Notes: generated by a model from the sequence alone, not told the origin. Positions 8,691 through 20,200 are shown, counted from the first letter of the stretch. The stretch is DNA of 64,000 bases from Chitinophagales bacterium (GCA_016786765.1 JAEUUZ010000035.1:7694-71693), one strand, 5' to 3'. Numbers and translations are program-made.

Positions 8691-9273
8691 TTATTTTTGA
8701 GCAACTTCTTTTCGAATTCTGCTTAATGATGTATCCGTAACGCCTAAATAGGAAGCAATAATTTTCAATGGTACATTTTGAAAAATGGCAGGATGTTTTT
8801 CGAGTAACTTGGAATAGCGTTGTTCTGCTGTGTTCTTTATCATGCCTAACATTCGTTCGTGTAGAATTGCATAATTAGTGACCAACATTAATCGGCCAAA
8901 CTCTCTGAATTCTTGGTGTGAATGGAAATTGTTTTGTACCGTTTCAAAATCCATTCGCCATATCTTGCAATTGGTTAGCGCTTGATAGTTTTCATTTGCA
9001 GGTGCTTGCTTAAAAAAAGCTAAGAAATCGTTGACAAAACAATCGGAAGAAAATATGTTTGTTGTAACTTCGTTGCCCATGCTATCAGCGGTGAGCGAAC
9101 GAATATAGCCTTCCTGCAAATAAAAAGTGTATTTGCATTTCTTGTTTTCCTGAATTAGAAATTCATCCTTGTCGAGTTCAACGTATTCAAATTGTTCTGC
9201 AAAAAAACTTGGCCTTGTCTGGCGACATAGGCAAAATTTTCATGATGTATTGTTGAATATGTTGGATGTTCAT
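8691..9273 (-). pseudogene. Crp/Fnr family regulator interrupted by a 1-nt frameshift in a homopolymer (A7 on + strand, 9201-9207)
   Basis: ATG at 9273 gives MNIQHIQQYIMKILPMSPDKAKFF, then stops. The downstream frame continues FFAEQFEYVELDKDEFLIQENKKCKYTFYLQEGYIRS... into the 142-aa ORF with the HTH. Removing one T from the T7 run restores a 194-aa Crp-like protein. Confidence 0.65.
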
Positions 9274-9294
9274 GTGCTGAATTGAATGGTGTGT

Positions 9295-9798
9295 TTAGTT
9301 GTAAAGGTAAGGAGCTTTTTCCTTTATTAAATGACGAATATTCTCCAACACATGCTGCATATAATTTCGCCAAATGATTTTGGTGAAAAGCCATTGGAAA
9401 GGGTATAATAGCGGACTGTTCGAAAACATAGTGTATTTGTAAACGATTTCGATTTTTCCTTCTTCTAATTGTTTCGTAAACCATTCGCCTTGAAATTTTT
9501 CAAAGCCAAACGACCACATCTTGAAATCGCAAATTTCGATTTTCCAATATTTGTTTTCAATCCGTTCTAATACTTTGTCGGTAGACGATGCACCGCCTTT
9601 GAAAAACAAACTTTTCTCCATATGCACAATTTTACTGCCACCGGGTTGTCCCCAAGTAGCGGCTTCTGAACAATGCGTAACCTTTGGTGTTACCCCATAT
9701 CCGGTGTGAACCAATGCAACATCGCAGAGCATAGGGCTTTTAAAGGCACGCTCTAATGTGCAATTGAAAACAGTAGTGATTGAAGTTGTAATTTGCAT
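9295..9798 (-). CDS. SRPBCC/START-like family protein
   Basis: 167 aa. Size and mixed beta/helix pattern resemble the polyketide-cyclase/AHSA1-like fold. Weak by-eye call. Confidence 0.4.
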   Translation of the reverse strand: MQITTSITTVFNCTLERAFKSPMLCDVALVHTGYGVTPKVTHCSEAATWGQPGGSKIVHMEKSLFFKGGASSTDKVLERIENKYWKIEICDFKMWSFGFEKFQGEWFTKQLEEGKIEIVYKYTMFSNSPLLYPFQWLFTKIIWRNYMQHVLENIRHLIKEKAPYLYN

Positions 9799-9960
9799 AG
9801 TTGTTTTAATTCTGAAATGTAAATCGTGATGCTGCTTTTAGTGTATTCTATACCTACATTAGTAATTGCGCATATCAAATTATTAAGTTTTCCAATTGCT
9901 CAATAGTATCAAGGTGTAGTGATTTATTTTAATGTTTAATAGGTATAAGATGATCCTTAT

Positions 9961-11196
9961 TTATGGTTTAATACCTAACCTGGCAAAAGCAAGGAGCATT
10001 CGTTTACCCGCGTTACCCCTTCTGCCATATTTACTACCATTGCGGAAACTATCAAGATAGAGTTGTGCATACATAGAGGCGAATAAGGCACATTTATTAT
10101 GTCCATATTTTTTTCCGGCTTCAGTAAGGGTGATATGCTTTGTGCCTAATTTTTTCATTCCATTTCGAGCAACAATTGAGTTTTTGTAACTGACTTGTTC
10201 ATCATTTTTACAAAAGCAAAGTTGAATAGGATTTTCGGGTTTCCAGTGGCAAAGCGAATTGTCTGCAAGTGCTTTATGGAGTATGAAATTTGAATCGTTG
10301 AGATACAATTGAACAAAGGTGTCGCGGAGCATATCTTTAGGAATTTCAGGCAGAACAGCATCAATTTCTTTAAAACTCTTTCCTTTTTCAAACATATCAG
10401 GAATAATAGAATCGTAGGGCGGTTTATAAATGGCACGAATGTCGGGAACCATACGATACACTTCGTTTAATCCATTTAATAAAAAGGGCAAATAGTGTGG
10501 TCGCTCATATTTTTTGAACATTACTTCGCTTTGTACGCCTTCCATATCGTAAGCTCCGCTATTCCCTGCCGTTGCCGTAACTTTTAAATCGGGATAACTT
10601 TCTTGAATCAATTTATTGGTCGCCACTGCAGCATATCCACCTTCCGAATAACCCGTAAGAAATAACTGCTGATTGAGTTTTATATTAAAGGTGTCGTTGA
10701 ATTCACGAACGGCATAAATCATATCCACACTTGCTTGTCCAAGCGATTTGTATTGTTGATATAAGTGGAATTTATCGCCATGTCCTAATCCAATGTAATC
10801 GGGTTGAATGACGAGATAGCCGTCAACCGCCAATCCTAAACAAACATTATCAACCCCACTTATGTTTTTCTTTCTTCCTTTTTCAACACGGGTGCCATGA
10901 TGGTATACCACTTCTGCCATGGGTTTGTTTACTCCTTTAGGCATAAACACTAGTCCGGATGCCAATATACTTGTACCATCGTGCCAAAAGCTTTTATAAG
11001 TAATGTCGTAGATATCTACATCATACTTTGGGTTAAGTAATGCTTTAGGAACATGATTTTTTTTCATTTTTTCACGCAACTCTTCTTTCGTTACGGTATT
11101 CCACAGTGTATAGGAAACGAGTTTATTGCCAGTAGGACCAATGGCAAAGGTTGAAATGGTTAACCATGCAAAAAGGAAAGAATAGATTAGTTTCAT
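9961..11196 (-). CDS. Secreted alpha/beta-hydrolase, lipase-like (paralog of 42820-44271)
   Basis: Start moved to MKLIYSFLFAWL (signal peptide). Nucleophile elbow GYSEGG. PDYIGLG and SGAYDM blocks shared with the second copy. Confidence 0.65.
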   Translation of the reverse strand: MKLIYSFLFAWLTISTFAIGPTGNKLVSYTLWNTVTKEELREKMKKNHVPKALLNPKYDVDIYDITYKSFWHDGTSILASGLVFMPKGVNKPMAEVVYHHGTRVEKGRKKNISGVDNVCLGLAVDGYLVIQPDYIGLGHGDKFHLYQQYKSLGQASVDMIYAVREFNDTFNIKLNQQLFLTGYSEGGYAAVATNKLIQESYPDLKVTATAGNSGAYDMEGVQSEVMFKKYERPHYLPFLLNGLNEVYRMVPDIRAIYKPPYDSIIPDMFEKGKSFKEIDAVLPEIPKDMLRDTFVQLYLNDSNFILHKALADNSLCHWKPENPIQLCFCKNDEQVSYKNSIVARNGMKKLGTKHITLTEAGKKYGHNKCALFASMYAQLYLDSFRNGSKYGRRGNAGKRMLLAFARLGIKP

Positions 11197-11334
11197 GTGT
11201 GAAAGATAATGGAAAAGCGTAGAAATACAGTCATTATTGAAATGCGTTGGCAAAACAATCTTCTATACGTCTAAAAAAATAAAGTCTAATGATCTCAGCG
11301 ATGCTAGATAACGTTACGTTTTAAGCAATCGCTT

Positions 11335-11652
11335 TTACAAAAACTGCCCAATCGATCGCAAATACCGAATAATTAAATCTACAACGGCATGCACTTTTTC
11401 CTTCGAGAGAAATACCACAAACTCTGATCTACAACTATCAAATACTAAATTACGGAGGTCTTCTTCTTTGATAAATTGACCTTGCAATGAATCCCATTTC
11501 TCCACAAATAAACTTGTAATTACACGCGCCTCATCTTCCGAAATGGCGAAGTCGATGTACTGGAAAACATAACGTATAGTTTGATTGAAATCAGGTGTAC
11601 CCGTTTCTTTTTCCGGATTGTAAATTTGATGTGGTTGGATACTTGTTTGCAT
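11335..11652 (-). CDS. Hypothetical protein
   Basis: 105 aa from ATG at 11652. No recognisable motif. Confidence 0.3.
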   Translation of the reverse strand: MQTSIQPHQIYNPEKETGTPDFNQTIRYVFQYIDFAISEDEARVITSLFVEKWDSLQGQFIKEEDLRNLVFDSCRSEFVVFLSKEKVHAVVDLIIRYLRSIGQFL

Positions 11653-11747
11653 CACTGCCAAGATAAAACTATTTTCAAAAAACAGGAAAGGAAAACGTTT
11701 ATTTCCTTAGATTAGAGAAGGTCAATTAATGCTTCTTCTTTCTTCTT

Positions 11748-12254
11748 ATGAAACGGCATCATTATTTATTCTTTTCTTTTATAATTATCATCACAGGATG
11801 TCCATACATATCCAATAAGGAATTTGATGCAGGAAGAAGGATTGCAGATCAACGCATTGTAGGGAATTGGACGTTAGTGAAGTTGTCATGTAAAGACTCT
11901 GTATACAGTAATGCAATAGCTGCGCTTCAAATTGCCAATATTGCGAATAAACAATATTGTTTACATGCCATAGATTCAAATAGTAATGTGTTACCTGATT
12001 TTGGGTTTGCAACCATTTGGCGATACAGGGATGCTAACTTTATCTCTATTCAAGTTAAATCGGCATTCAATAAACAAGATTCATTGTATGCCTATTATAG
12101 CTATATTTTTAGCGAAGACACATTAGTCGTAAAGGAAGTCAGTCAGAATAGAATGCCAAAGGATAAAGCTTCATTCGAACACTTTAATGCATCAAAAAAG
12201 GAAGTTCAAAGCGATAACTTCTTTGGAGAAGCATTCTACTTTCTAAAAAAGTAA
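11748..12254 (+). CDS. Hypothetical lipoprotein
   Basis: 168 aa. Signal/lipobox IIITGC. Confidence 0.4.
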   Translation: MKRHHYLFFSFIIIITGCPYISNKEFDAGRRIADQRIVGNWTLVKLSCKDSVYSNAIAALQIANIANKQYCLHAIDSNSNVLPDFGFATIWRYRDANFISIQVKSAFNKQDSLYAYYSYIFSEDTLVVKEVSQNRMPKDKASFEHFNASKKEVQSDNFFGEAFYFLKK

Positions 12255-12289
12255 TAAACTTCAATTAGCAAAGTCAGAAAATGAAATAC

Positions 12290-13111
12290 TTACGGAAACT
12301 TTGGAAATTTACTCCAATCCGGTTTGCGTTTTTCGATGTAGGCATTTCTACCTTCTTTGGCTTCATCGCTCAAGTAGTACAATAATGTTGCATTACCCGC
12401 CAATTCTTGAATACCGGCTTGTCCGTCTAATTCAGCATTGAACGAAGATTTGAGCATACGAATCGATAATGGCGATTTCTCTTGAATCTTCAAGCACCAT
12501 TCTACAGTGGTGTCTTCCAATACTTCTAAAGGCACTACTTTATTCACTAAGCCCATGTCTAAAGCATCTTGTGCATTGTATTGGTCGCACAAGAACCAAA
12601 TTTCACGCGCTTTTTTCTGCCCCACGCAACGCGCTAAATACGATGCGCCAAAGCCACCGTCAAACGAACCAACCCGCGGACCTGTTTGTCCAAAAATAGC
12701 ATTCTCTGATGCAATCGATAAGTCACACACTACATGTAACACATGGCCTCCACCAATAGCAAACCCATTTACCATGGCTATTACGGCTTTCGGTATAGAA
12801 CGAATCAATTTTTGCAAATCCAACACATTCAAACGAGGAACAGTGTCTTTGCCAACATAACCGCCATGTCCACGCACATTCTGGTCTCCACCAGAGCAGA
12901 AAGCCATATCACCTTCACCGGTTAGAATAATGCTTTGAATATCGAGATTATCGCGGCAGATATACATCGCATCAATCATTTCCCGTACCGTTAATGGCGT
13001 AAACGCATTGCGGTAACGCGGACGGTTAATGGTGATTTTCGCAATTCCTTGAAAGAATTCAAATTTGATTTCTTCGTACTCTTTAAGCGTGGTCCAGTTT
13101 CTGTTGCTCAT
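12290..13111 (-). CDS. menB: 1,4-dihydroxy-2-naphthoyl-CoA synthase (crotonase fold)
   Basis: 273 aa. AFCSGGDQ...[18 protein letters not shown] and the C-terminal [17 protein letters not shown] are typical of MenB. Confidence 0.9.
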   Translation of the reverse strand: MSNRNWTTLKEYEEIKFEFFQGIAKITINRPRYRNAFTPLTVREMIDAMYICRDNLDIQSIILTGEGDMAFCSGGDQNVRGHGGYVGKDTVPRLNVLDLQKLIRSIPKAVIAMVNGFAIGGGHVLHVVCDLSIASENAIFGQTGPRVGSFDGGFGASYLARCVGQKKAREIWFLCDQYNAQDALDMGLVNKVVPLEVLEDTTVEWCLKIQEKSPLSIRMLKSSFNAELDGQAGIQELAGNATLLYYLSDEAKEGRNAYIEKRKPDWSKFPKFP

Positions 13112-13115
13112 GTGT

Positions 13116-14747
13116 TTATCGTTTAAAGTAATTTTTATAAGTGTCTACGCTGCATGTAGCGTCTGTTTTCAGTTCAAGAATACAGCAATTATTATAACCA
13201 AAAAAGCGTTCAATTGTTTTTTCGAGTTCTTCATTTTTCTCGCAACTAAAATAGTGCATCGAAAACTGCTCTGCCAAAGCTTTTGCGCTGTGTTTGTGCT
13301 GTACTTCAAAATAGTTTTGCATTAAGGTTTCTTCTTTTTGCCCTTCAATCAATCTAAAGATGTTGCCACCGGAATTGTTCACAATCACGATTTTCAGATT
13401 AGCAGGAAAAGGACTGTAGAACAAAGCATTTGAATCGTAAAAAAAAGACAGATCACCAACAAACAAGAATACCTGTTTATCAGGATTAGCCACCGCACAG
13501 CCCACAGCTGTACTCACACAACCGTCTATACCACTGGTACCGCGGTTCGCAAAATGTTCAATAGATGCATCGAAATGCAATAGACCGCTGTAACGGATAG
13601 GTGCGCTGTTACCCCATTGAATAATGCAATCGTTTGGAACGGCTTTAGCTAATGCTTGATATACTGAAAAGTCGGTTAGCGTTGTATTGTCGAATACAGT
13701 ACCATTGGGTTGAATGTTCAGCCATTGCTTTTTCCAATCACTCGTTTTGGTTTTCACCGAAGCAATTACTTTCAAAAATTCGATATCCGTACAGTTCCAT
13801 ACTTTTTGTAAACGGTTGAAACTGTCCCATTGTTCGTTTTCAATGCTGATATGCCAATGTGTAACACTTGTATTCGTTTTGATGAAATTGCGCAAACGTT
13901 TCGAAGTAAATTGTCGGCCAATTGTAATCACTACATCGGGCTGATAGGTTTCAATCTCTTTTATTGAAGCGATTGTACCGTCTATGTTGTAAATGGAGTC
14001 CGGTAAAGCAATATTGGCAATAGGTTCATGCAAAAGAATCACATCTTCCTGCGCTTGAATTAATTTTAACCAACTCAATTTTGCTGTTTGAAAATGGTCC
14101 ATCCCGCAAACAATCATTTTGCGTTTTGCATTTTTCCATGCTGTTGAAATTTCAGCTTTGTCTTCTTTCGATAGGGTAGGACTGGTCGGTATTTCTACTA
14201 TTGACAGCTCGAAAGTGCTTGCCGGTGCTGTATTGTAAAGCGGCTCTCGCAATGGAAGGTTAATATGCACCGGACCAAAATGTAACGACATACTGCATAC
14301 AATGGTTTGCAAGAGTTGCTCTTGTTGAAGTGCTTCCCCTTCTTCTAAATTGTAGAATGCTTTAATGTAGTTTTTGTAAATGTCGATTTGGTTGATGGTT
14401 TGATTTTCGCCTTTACCCATCGCTTCTGCCGGGCGATCGGCTGTAAGTATAATCAACGGAACCTTTTGATGATAGGCTTCGCAAATAGCAGGTGCTAAAT
14501 TTAAAACAGCTGTTCCCGAGGTGCAAAACACAGCCACCGGTTTACGAATTTGTTGTGCTAAACCTAAAGCGAAGTACCCCGCACATCGTTCATCGAACAA
14601 TACGTGTTTTTTGATTTCAGGATAACAAGCAAACTCTTGTACTAATGGCGCAGAGCGTGATCCGGGCGATAACACCACATGGTCTAAGCCCAATTGCTTC
14701 AACATAAAAACGAGATACTGAATATGAAGTTTATCGCTGTGATTCAT
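13116..14747 (-). CDS. menD: 2-succinyl-5-enolpyruvyl-6-hydroxy-3-cyclohexene-1-carboxylate synthase (ThDP enzyme)
   Basis: 543 aa. ThDP-binding [12 protein letters not shown]...NNSGGNIF motif. Lies 4 nt upstream of menB. Confidence 0.85.
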   Translation of the reverse strand: MNHSDKLHIQYLVFMLKQLGLDHVVLSPGSRSAPLVQEFACYPEIKKHVLFDERCAGYFALGLAQQIRKPVAVFCTSGTAVLNLAPAICEAYHQKVPLIILTADRPAEAMGKGENQTINQIDIYKNYIKAFYNLEEGEALQQEQLLQTIVCSMSLHFGPVHINLPLREPLYNTAPASTFELSIVEIPTSPTLSKEDKAEISTAWKNAKRKMIVCGMDHFQTAKLSWLKLIQAQEDVILLHEPIANIALPDSIYNIDGTIASIKEIETYQPDVVITIGRQFTSKRLRNFIKTNTSVTHWHISIENEQWDSFNRLQKVWNCTDIEFLKVIASVKTKTSDWKKQWLNIQPNGTVFDNTTLTDFSVYQALAKAVPNDCIIQWGNSAPIRYSGLLHFDASIEHFANRGTSGIDGCVSTAVGCAVANPDKQVFLFVGDLSFFYDSNALFYSPFPANLKIVIVNNSGGNIFRLIEGQKEETLMQNYFEVQHKHSAKALAEQFSMHYFSCEKNEELEKTIERFFGYNNCCILELKTDATCSVDTYKNYFKR

Positions 14748-14758
14748 ACAAAAAGGAG

Positions 14759-15763
14759 CTAAGCAAAGAGCGTCTTTACTTCTTGAAGAAATTTAGTTTC
14801 TGTGTCAGCTAAGGAGAGCAACGATTTTCCACCTGCTGCATTCACATGTCCGCCTCCTTCAAAATGCTTTCTGGCAAAGGCATTCACATCTATCTTTCCT
14901 TTCGACCGAAACGAGATTTTTACTTTGTCTTGTTCTTCTGTGAAAAGTACCGATACCATTACACCTTCGACTTTGAAAGGGAAATTTACCAAGCTTTCGT
15001 TATCTCCGGGTTGCAAATGAAAGCGCTTGGCTTCTTCACGGTTCACCGACATATACGCCACCTTCCCTTCATGGCATACATGCAATTTGTTCAAAAAGCA
15101 ATAGCCATAATAGCGCAAACGCTCTTCTCGGAAAATATTAAATACTTTATCTTGAATGTATTCCGGTGAAACACCTTTGTTTAAAAGGCCTCCGGCTACT
15201 TTATGTACATTGGCTGTGGTATTGCTGAATGCAAAAAATCCGGTGTCGGTAGTCAATCCCGTGTACAAATTTTGTGCAATGGCTTCGTCTATTTTAGCTT
15301 CTTCGCCTAAGCCACAAATAATGTCGTAAATCAACTCGCAGGTAGCTGCGTAGTTCGTGTCGGAGAATGTAATGGCTGCAAAATCTTCCGGACTTTGATG
15401 ATGGTCAATCATCACTTTAATAGCTTTGGCTTGTTGAATAGCCGGACTTAATTTATCTAAACGTGTAATGGCATTAAAATCTAAGCAGTAGATCACTTCT
15501 GCGGCCGCTATATGTTTTTCTGCAATGGCGCGTTGCGATTCATCTTCAAAAGATAGTATCGAATCGTAAGCCGGTAACCATTTGAAATTTTTGGTGTAGT
15601 TGGTTGGAGAAACAATACAAGCATAAGTACCCATTTTCTCCAGAAATAATTTCCAAGCTAACGTGGAGCCAAAGGCATCACCATCCGGATTCGGGTGCGT
15701 AACAATCACCGTTTTCTTTGACGTGGCTAAGATTTCTTTCAGTTTTTGTAAAGACTCATTCAT
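14759..15763 (-). CDS. DHH/DHHA1 family phosphoesterase (NrnA-like oligoribonuclease/pAp phosphatase)
   Basis: 334 aa. HPNPDGDAFGS, MIDHHQS (DHH) and FEGGGHVNAAG (DHHA1 GGGH) motifs. Confidence 0.8.
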   Translation of the reverse strand: MNESLQKLKEILATSKKTVIVTHPNPDGDAFGSTLAWKLFLEKMGTYACIVSPTNYTKNFKWLPAYDSILSFEDESQRAIAEKHIAAAEVIYCLDFNAITRLDKLSPAIQQAKAIKVMIDHHQSPEDFAAITFSDTNYAATCELIYDIICGLGEEAKIDEAIAQNLYTGLTTDTGFFAFSNTTANVHKVAGGLLNKGVSPEYIQDKVFNIFREERLRYYGYCFLNKLHVCHEGKVAYMSVNREEAKRFHLQPGDNESLVNFPFKVEGVMVSVLFTEEQDKVKISFRSKGKIDVNAFARKHFEGGGHVNAAGGKSLLSLADTETKFLQEVKTLFA

Positions 15764-15807
15764 TGTTGCGAATGTATGCTTTTTTGCCGTGGAATACGAA
15801 GCTTAGG

Positions 15808-16404
15808 CTATTGTGCGTTCAGGAGGTCTAAATGCACTTTACTCACTTGTGGAACCAATTCCATAATGAGATTATTATCGATTACATAATCCGCCAATTT
15901 CACTTTCTCCAATTCCGGTAATTGGGCATCAATACGGGCTTTCACTTGTTCTTCCGAAATGTTATCGCGCGCCATTACACGCTTGATTCTGTCGGCTAGA
16001 GGCGCTGAAACCACTATGAGTTTATCTAAGTCTTTATACGAACCGCTTTCCACTAGCAATGCCGCTTCTTTCAAGCTATATGGATATTCTTTACGGGCTA
16101 AAATGGCATTCCACGAATCGTAGTCGGCTTTAACAGCAGGGTGCACAAGTGCATTTAAGGCCAACAGCTTTTCCTCATCTTTGAATACAATACCGGCAAT
16201 ATACGCTCGGTTAAGATTGTTTTCAGTATCAAAGGCGTCCTCTCCGAATAGCTGGCGAATACCTTCACGCAAATTTTTATCGGTTTCCATCAAGTATTTC
16301 GCTTGTTTATCGGCATAATACACCGGAACGCCTAATCGCTCAAATATCTCACAAACAGTAGTTTTTCCACTGCCTATACCTCCTGTTATTCCTACTTTTA
16401 TCAT
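15808..16404 (-). CDS. coaE: Dephospho-CoA kinase
   Basis: 198 aa. N-terminal P-loop GITGGIGSGKTTV and overall CoaE pattern. Confidence 0.9.
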   Translation of the reverse strand: MIKVGITGGIGSGKTTVCEIFERLGVPVYYADKQAKYLMETDKNLREGIRQLFGEDAFDTENNLNRAYIAGIVFKDEEKLLALNALVHPAVKADYDSWNAILARKEYPYSLKEAALLVESGSYKDLDKLIVVSAPLADRIKRVMARDNISEEQVKARIDAQLPELEKVKLADYVIDNNLIMELVPQVSKVHLDLLNAQ

Positions 16405-16467
16405 GTCCGAAAATTAAAAAAGTCTGATCGAATGACCAGACTTTTTCGTTATAAATGTTGTAAAGTA

Positions 16468-16752
16468 TTAAGCTTTTGTATCGGTTCCTTGCACTGCTTT
16501 CGTGAGTTCGGCAGAAATAGCAGATTTCTCTATTTTCATACGAATGTGATCAACTCTCAAAAGGAACGTTGTTTCTTCCACTGCATCGATAACACCGTGA
16601 ATTCCACCGGTAGTAACTACTTTGTCGCCTTTTTGTACTTCATCAATAAACTTTTTTCCTTCTTTAATCTTCTGCGATTGCGGACGAATGAAGAAGAAGT
16701 AGATAACTGCGAAAATAGCTCCGTAGAAGAGCAACATTATAGATGCGTTCAT
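16468..16752 (-). CDS. yajC: Preprotein translocase subunit YajC
   Basis: 94 aa. Single TM followed by RPQSQKIKE...GDKVVTTGGIHG. Confidence 0.85.
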   Translation of the reverse strand: MNASIMLLFYGAIFAVIYFFFIRPQSQKIKEGKKFIDEVQKGDKVVTTGGIHGVIDAVEETTFLLRVDHIRMKIEKSAISAELTKAVQGTDTKA

Positions 16753-16756
16753 AATT

Positions 16757-17194
16757 TTATTTTTCTTTTTTTGGCACTCTTACGAAGCCGTTGAGCAATA
16801 GTTGTTCAGAGTGACTGATAGTATTTACTTGAAGGGTTACTGCTTTATTCTGTTCGCCTTCTTTACCTGCACTATTAAATTTTACGCGAATGGATGCCTC
16901 AGCACCTGGCGCTACTGGTTCTTTAGGCCATTCAGGAACCGTACATCCGCAAGATCCAAAGGCATTTCCTATAATCAAATTTTTAGCGCCTGTGTTTTTC
17001 ACTTTAAAGATATGTACTACAGTATCGTCTTGATTGATAGTGTCGAAATTGAACGTACGCTCAAGTATTTCAACAGTAGTAGTATCTTTTAAAACAGATG
17101 AAGGTATTCCTGCATATGGATTTCCTTTCTTTCTACATGACTGAAACGTTGCTCCCAAAAGCACTATACAAGCGAAAACAACAATTTTTTTCAT
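16757..17194 (-). CDS. DUF1573 domain lipoprotein
   Basis: 145 aa. FKVKNTGAKNLII...SCGCTVPEW core typical of DUF1573. Confidence 0.7.
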   Translation of the reverse strand: MKKIVVFACIVLLGATFQSCRKKGNPYAGIPSSVLKDTTTVEILERTFNFDTINQDDTVVHIFKVKNTGAKNLIIGNAFGSCGCTVPEWPKEPVAPGAEASIRVKFNSAGKEGEQNKAVTLQVNTISHSEQLLLNGFVRVPKKEK

Positions 17195-17217
17195 ATATCC
17201 GATTTTTTCAGTTCAAA

Positions 17218-20200
17218 TTATTTCGCAACCTCTGCAGTATTGGTGCTTTTGTTTCTTCTCAAAAGCATGTCCACCATAATTGGTGCAGCAATACAGATAG
17301 ATGAATACGTCCCAATTGCAATACCAATTACCATCGCAAACGAGAACTGTTTAATGGCATCTCCACCGAAGATGAACAATACTAATACCACTAACTCGGC
17401 TGCTACTGATGTCATAATGGTTCGGCTTAAGGTAGTATTGATAGCATCGTTTACATTCTCGATTAATGGTTTTGTTGGATACAATTTTAAGTGCTCACGG
17501 ATTCGGTCAAATACAATAACTGTATCGTTCACCGAGTAACCGATAAGGGTAAGGATGGCCGCAACTACGTTCTGGTCGATCTCTAAAGAGAACGGACTGA
17601 TATGACGCAACAACGAGAACAAACCTAAAACGATAATCGGGTCGTGAATCAATGCAGCAAGTGTACCTGTAGCATACTCTACTTTTTTGAATCGGAAGTA
17701 GATATAGATAAAGATACCAATCATAGCAATTAAGCCCGATAAGAAAGCACTCTTACGAATGTCTTCTGCAATGGTAGCTTCAATTCTTGTAATCGACTTA
17801 ATGTTTTTCGTTCTGAACGATTCAAATGTTCCTTTTTGCGCAAACGAAGTACCTAGTCCTTCAAACAATTTACTTTCAATAATACTATCCACTTCAGGTG
17901 TGTTTTGATCAATCAAGTAAGCAGTTGTAATTTGAATTTGGCTATTGCTTCCGTATGTTTTAACCAATGGTTTTGAACCTAATGGTTTTTCCAAAGCTGT
18001 AGCAATATCAGATGTTTTCACATCTTGATCCAATTTTACTACATAACTTCTTCCTCCTTTAAAGTCAACCCCTAAATCAAAACCGATGGTGAACATAGAG
18101 ATGAAAGAGATAGCAAACACAATGGCTGAAATAGTATAGAATGTTTTGCGTTTTTCCATGAATTTGAAATGGAAACCACGTAACAAGTTCAACGTAAATT
18201 CTGTTCCGAATTTCAATTCTTTACCACGACTAGAGAACCAATCAAAAATGATTTGAGAGAATCCTACCGCTGTAAATAATGATGTTAAGATACCGATTAC
18301 TAAGGTAACAGCGAATCCTTTTACCGGACCATAACCGAAAAATAACAATACCACACCAATCAATAAGGTAGTGATGTTACCGTCAAAGATAGCCGAGTAT
18401 GAATGTTTGTAACCATCGGCTATAGCCAATTTCATGGCTTTACCTTTCGCTAATTCCTCACGGATACGCTCGTTGATGATAACGTTCGCATCGATGGCAA
18501 TAGCCAAGGTAAGCACGATACCTGCCATACCCGGAAGGGTAAGCGCTGCACCGAAGTTAGCCAATACACCAATAATGAAGAACAAGTTCAACATTACCGC
18601 GATAACGGCTACAATACCCGATGTAGAATAGTAGGCCAACATGAATAAACAAACGATAATGAAACCGAATAGCATCGATAATAAACCCGAGCGAATAGCT
18701 TCTTTACCTAAAGATGGTCCGATTACTTGCTCCTCGATAATTCTAGTTTTTGCTTCTAGTTTACCCGATTTAAGAATGTTCGCTAAGTCATCCGCTTCAG
18801 CGATATCGTTGATACCTGTAATTTGAGTTCTTCCTCCAGAAATTTTGTTTTGTACACGTGGCGAAGAGAATACTTGGTTATCTAAAACGATAGCCACACA
18901 TTTTTTCACTGAGCGACCGTTAACGGTTGCGTTTACCGCATCTTCAGTCATTTTCTCCCATTTAGAAGCACCTAGTGCATTCATCGTAAGGGAAACAGCC
19001 GGTAAGCCATTTTCAAATTCTTTTGATGCGTTAGTGATAACATCTCCGGTAAGCGGAGCTTCTTGCGAAGATGGATTTGCTTTGATAGCAATCAAGGCAA
19101 ATACATTGCTTTTAGCATTCATTGGTTTAGCGGTCCACAACAATCTCAAATCGCGTGGTAAAGCCGTTTTCATGATATCATCTGCAAGATATTTATTGAT
19201 AATAGACGTATCGTTTCCTCTTGCATAACCGATAGTAGCTCCTTCACCGTATTTGTTGTTTTCACGGTCGTAGTTAGGCTCTAAATATTTGAAGATAGGA
19301 CGTAAGTTTGAAGAGTCTTTTTTCGTTGGAACATCCGCTTTAGCAGTAGATTTTGTCGTGTCGGTAGCTTTTTTGGTGGTATCGGCATTTGACGTAAGGT
19401 CATTTAACGAAATACCGCCTGTAGTATCAGCAGCTGCAGTAGTAGAATCAACTCCGTTCGTTTTGTTTTCGTTGAAAATTTTTGTACCCAAAGCGATATC
19501 ACCTTGTGCTAAAGCATCAATTACTTCTTCGTTTTCGTATGTATCCCAAAATTCTAATTGTGCGGTTTGTTGTAAGATTTTACGCACACGGCTCGGGTCA
19601 TCCAATCCCGGTAACTCTAAGATAATTCTACCTGTGTTAGCTTGAAGTGTAATAGTAGGAGAGGCAACACCAAATTGATCGATACGCGTTTTCAAAACGT
19701 TGAATGTTTCGCTAACCGCTGAATTCATATCTGTTGAAATCGCCTTAATCACATCACTATTCGATGAATTGAAGTTGATTTTCCCTTTGTAAGACTCTAC
19801 AGCTGCAAAAATATTAGCCAACTTTCCGTTTGGTACATTTTTCTCGTATTGTTCTTTGAAAACAGCAAGGAAATTCCCTCCCTCTTTGGTGTGTATTTTA
19901 CCGGCTTCATCAACGGCTTTGTTAAAGGCAGCATCCGGGTTATTGTTAGCCAATTTCTTCAACACATCTTCCTCTGAAATCTCCAATACAAGGCTCATAC
20001 CGCCTTTCAAGTCGAGGCCTAAGTTCAACTGACGGTCGCGACAGTCTTTATACGAATACTTCATCAACCAAAAGAAGTTGTATGCCGTTTCGTTTTGCAC
20101 TGAATCCAAGAAGTATCTTTTCTTAGATTTAAAGATATTGCCTACTGAATCTTCGTAGATAATTTTTGATGCACCGCTCAATGAAGAAGGAGGATCAAGC

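Noticed and set aside
9155-9484. 109-aa minus-strand ORF between the SRPBCC gene and the Crp ORF
   Set aside because: It is the out-of-frame read-through that spans the 3' end of the SRPBCC gene and the Crp N-terminus. It is explained by the frameshifted Crp gene rather than by a separate gene.
16432-16794. 120-aa + strand ORF overlapping yajC
   Set aside because: It is antisense to a clear YajC gene and has no recognisable features. Shadow ORF.
17240-19645. Five ORFs of 61-127 aa on the + strand inside secDF
   Set aside because: They are entirely antisense to a long, well-supported SecDF reading frame. Their products are low-complexity with no motifs. These are typical shadow ORFs.
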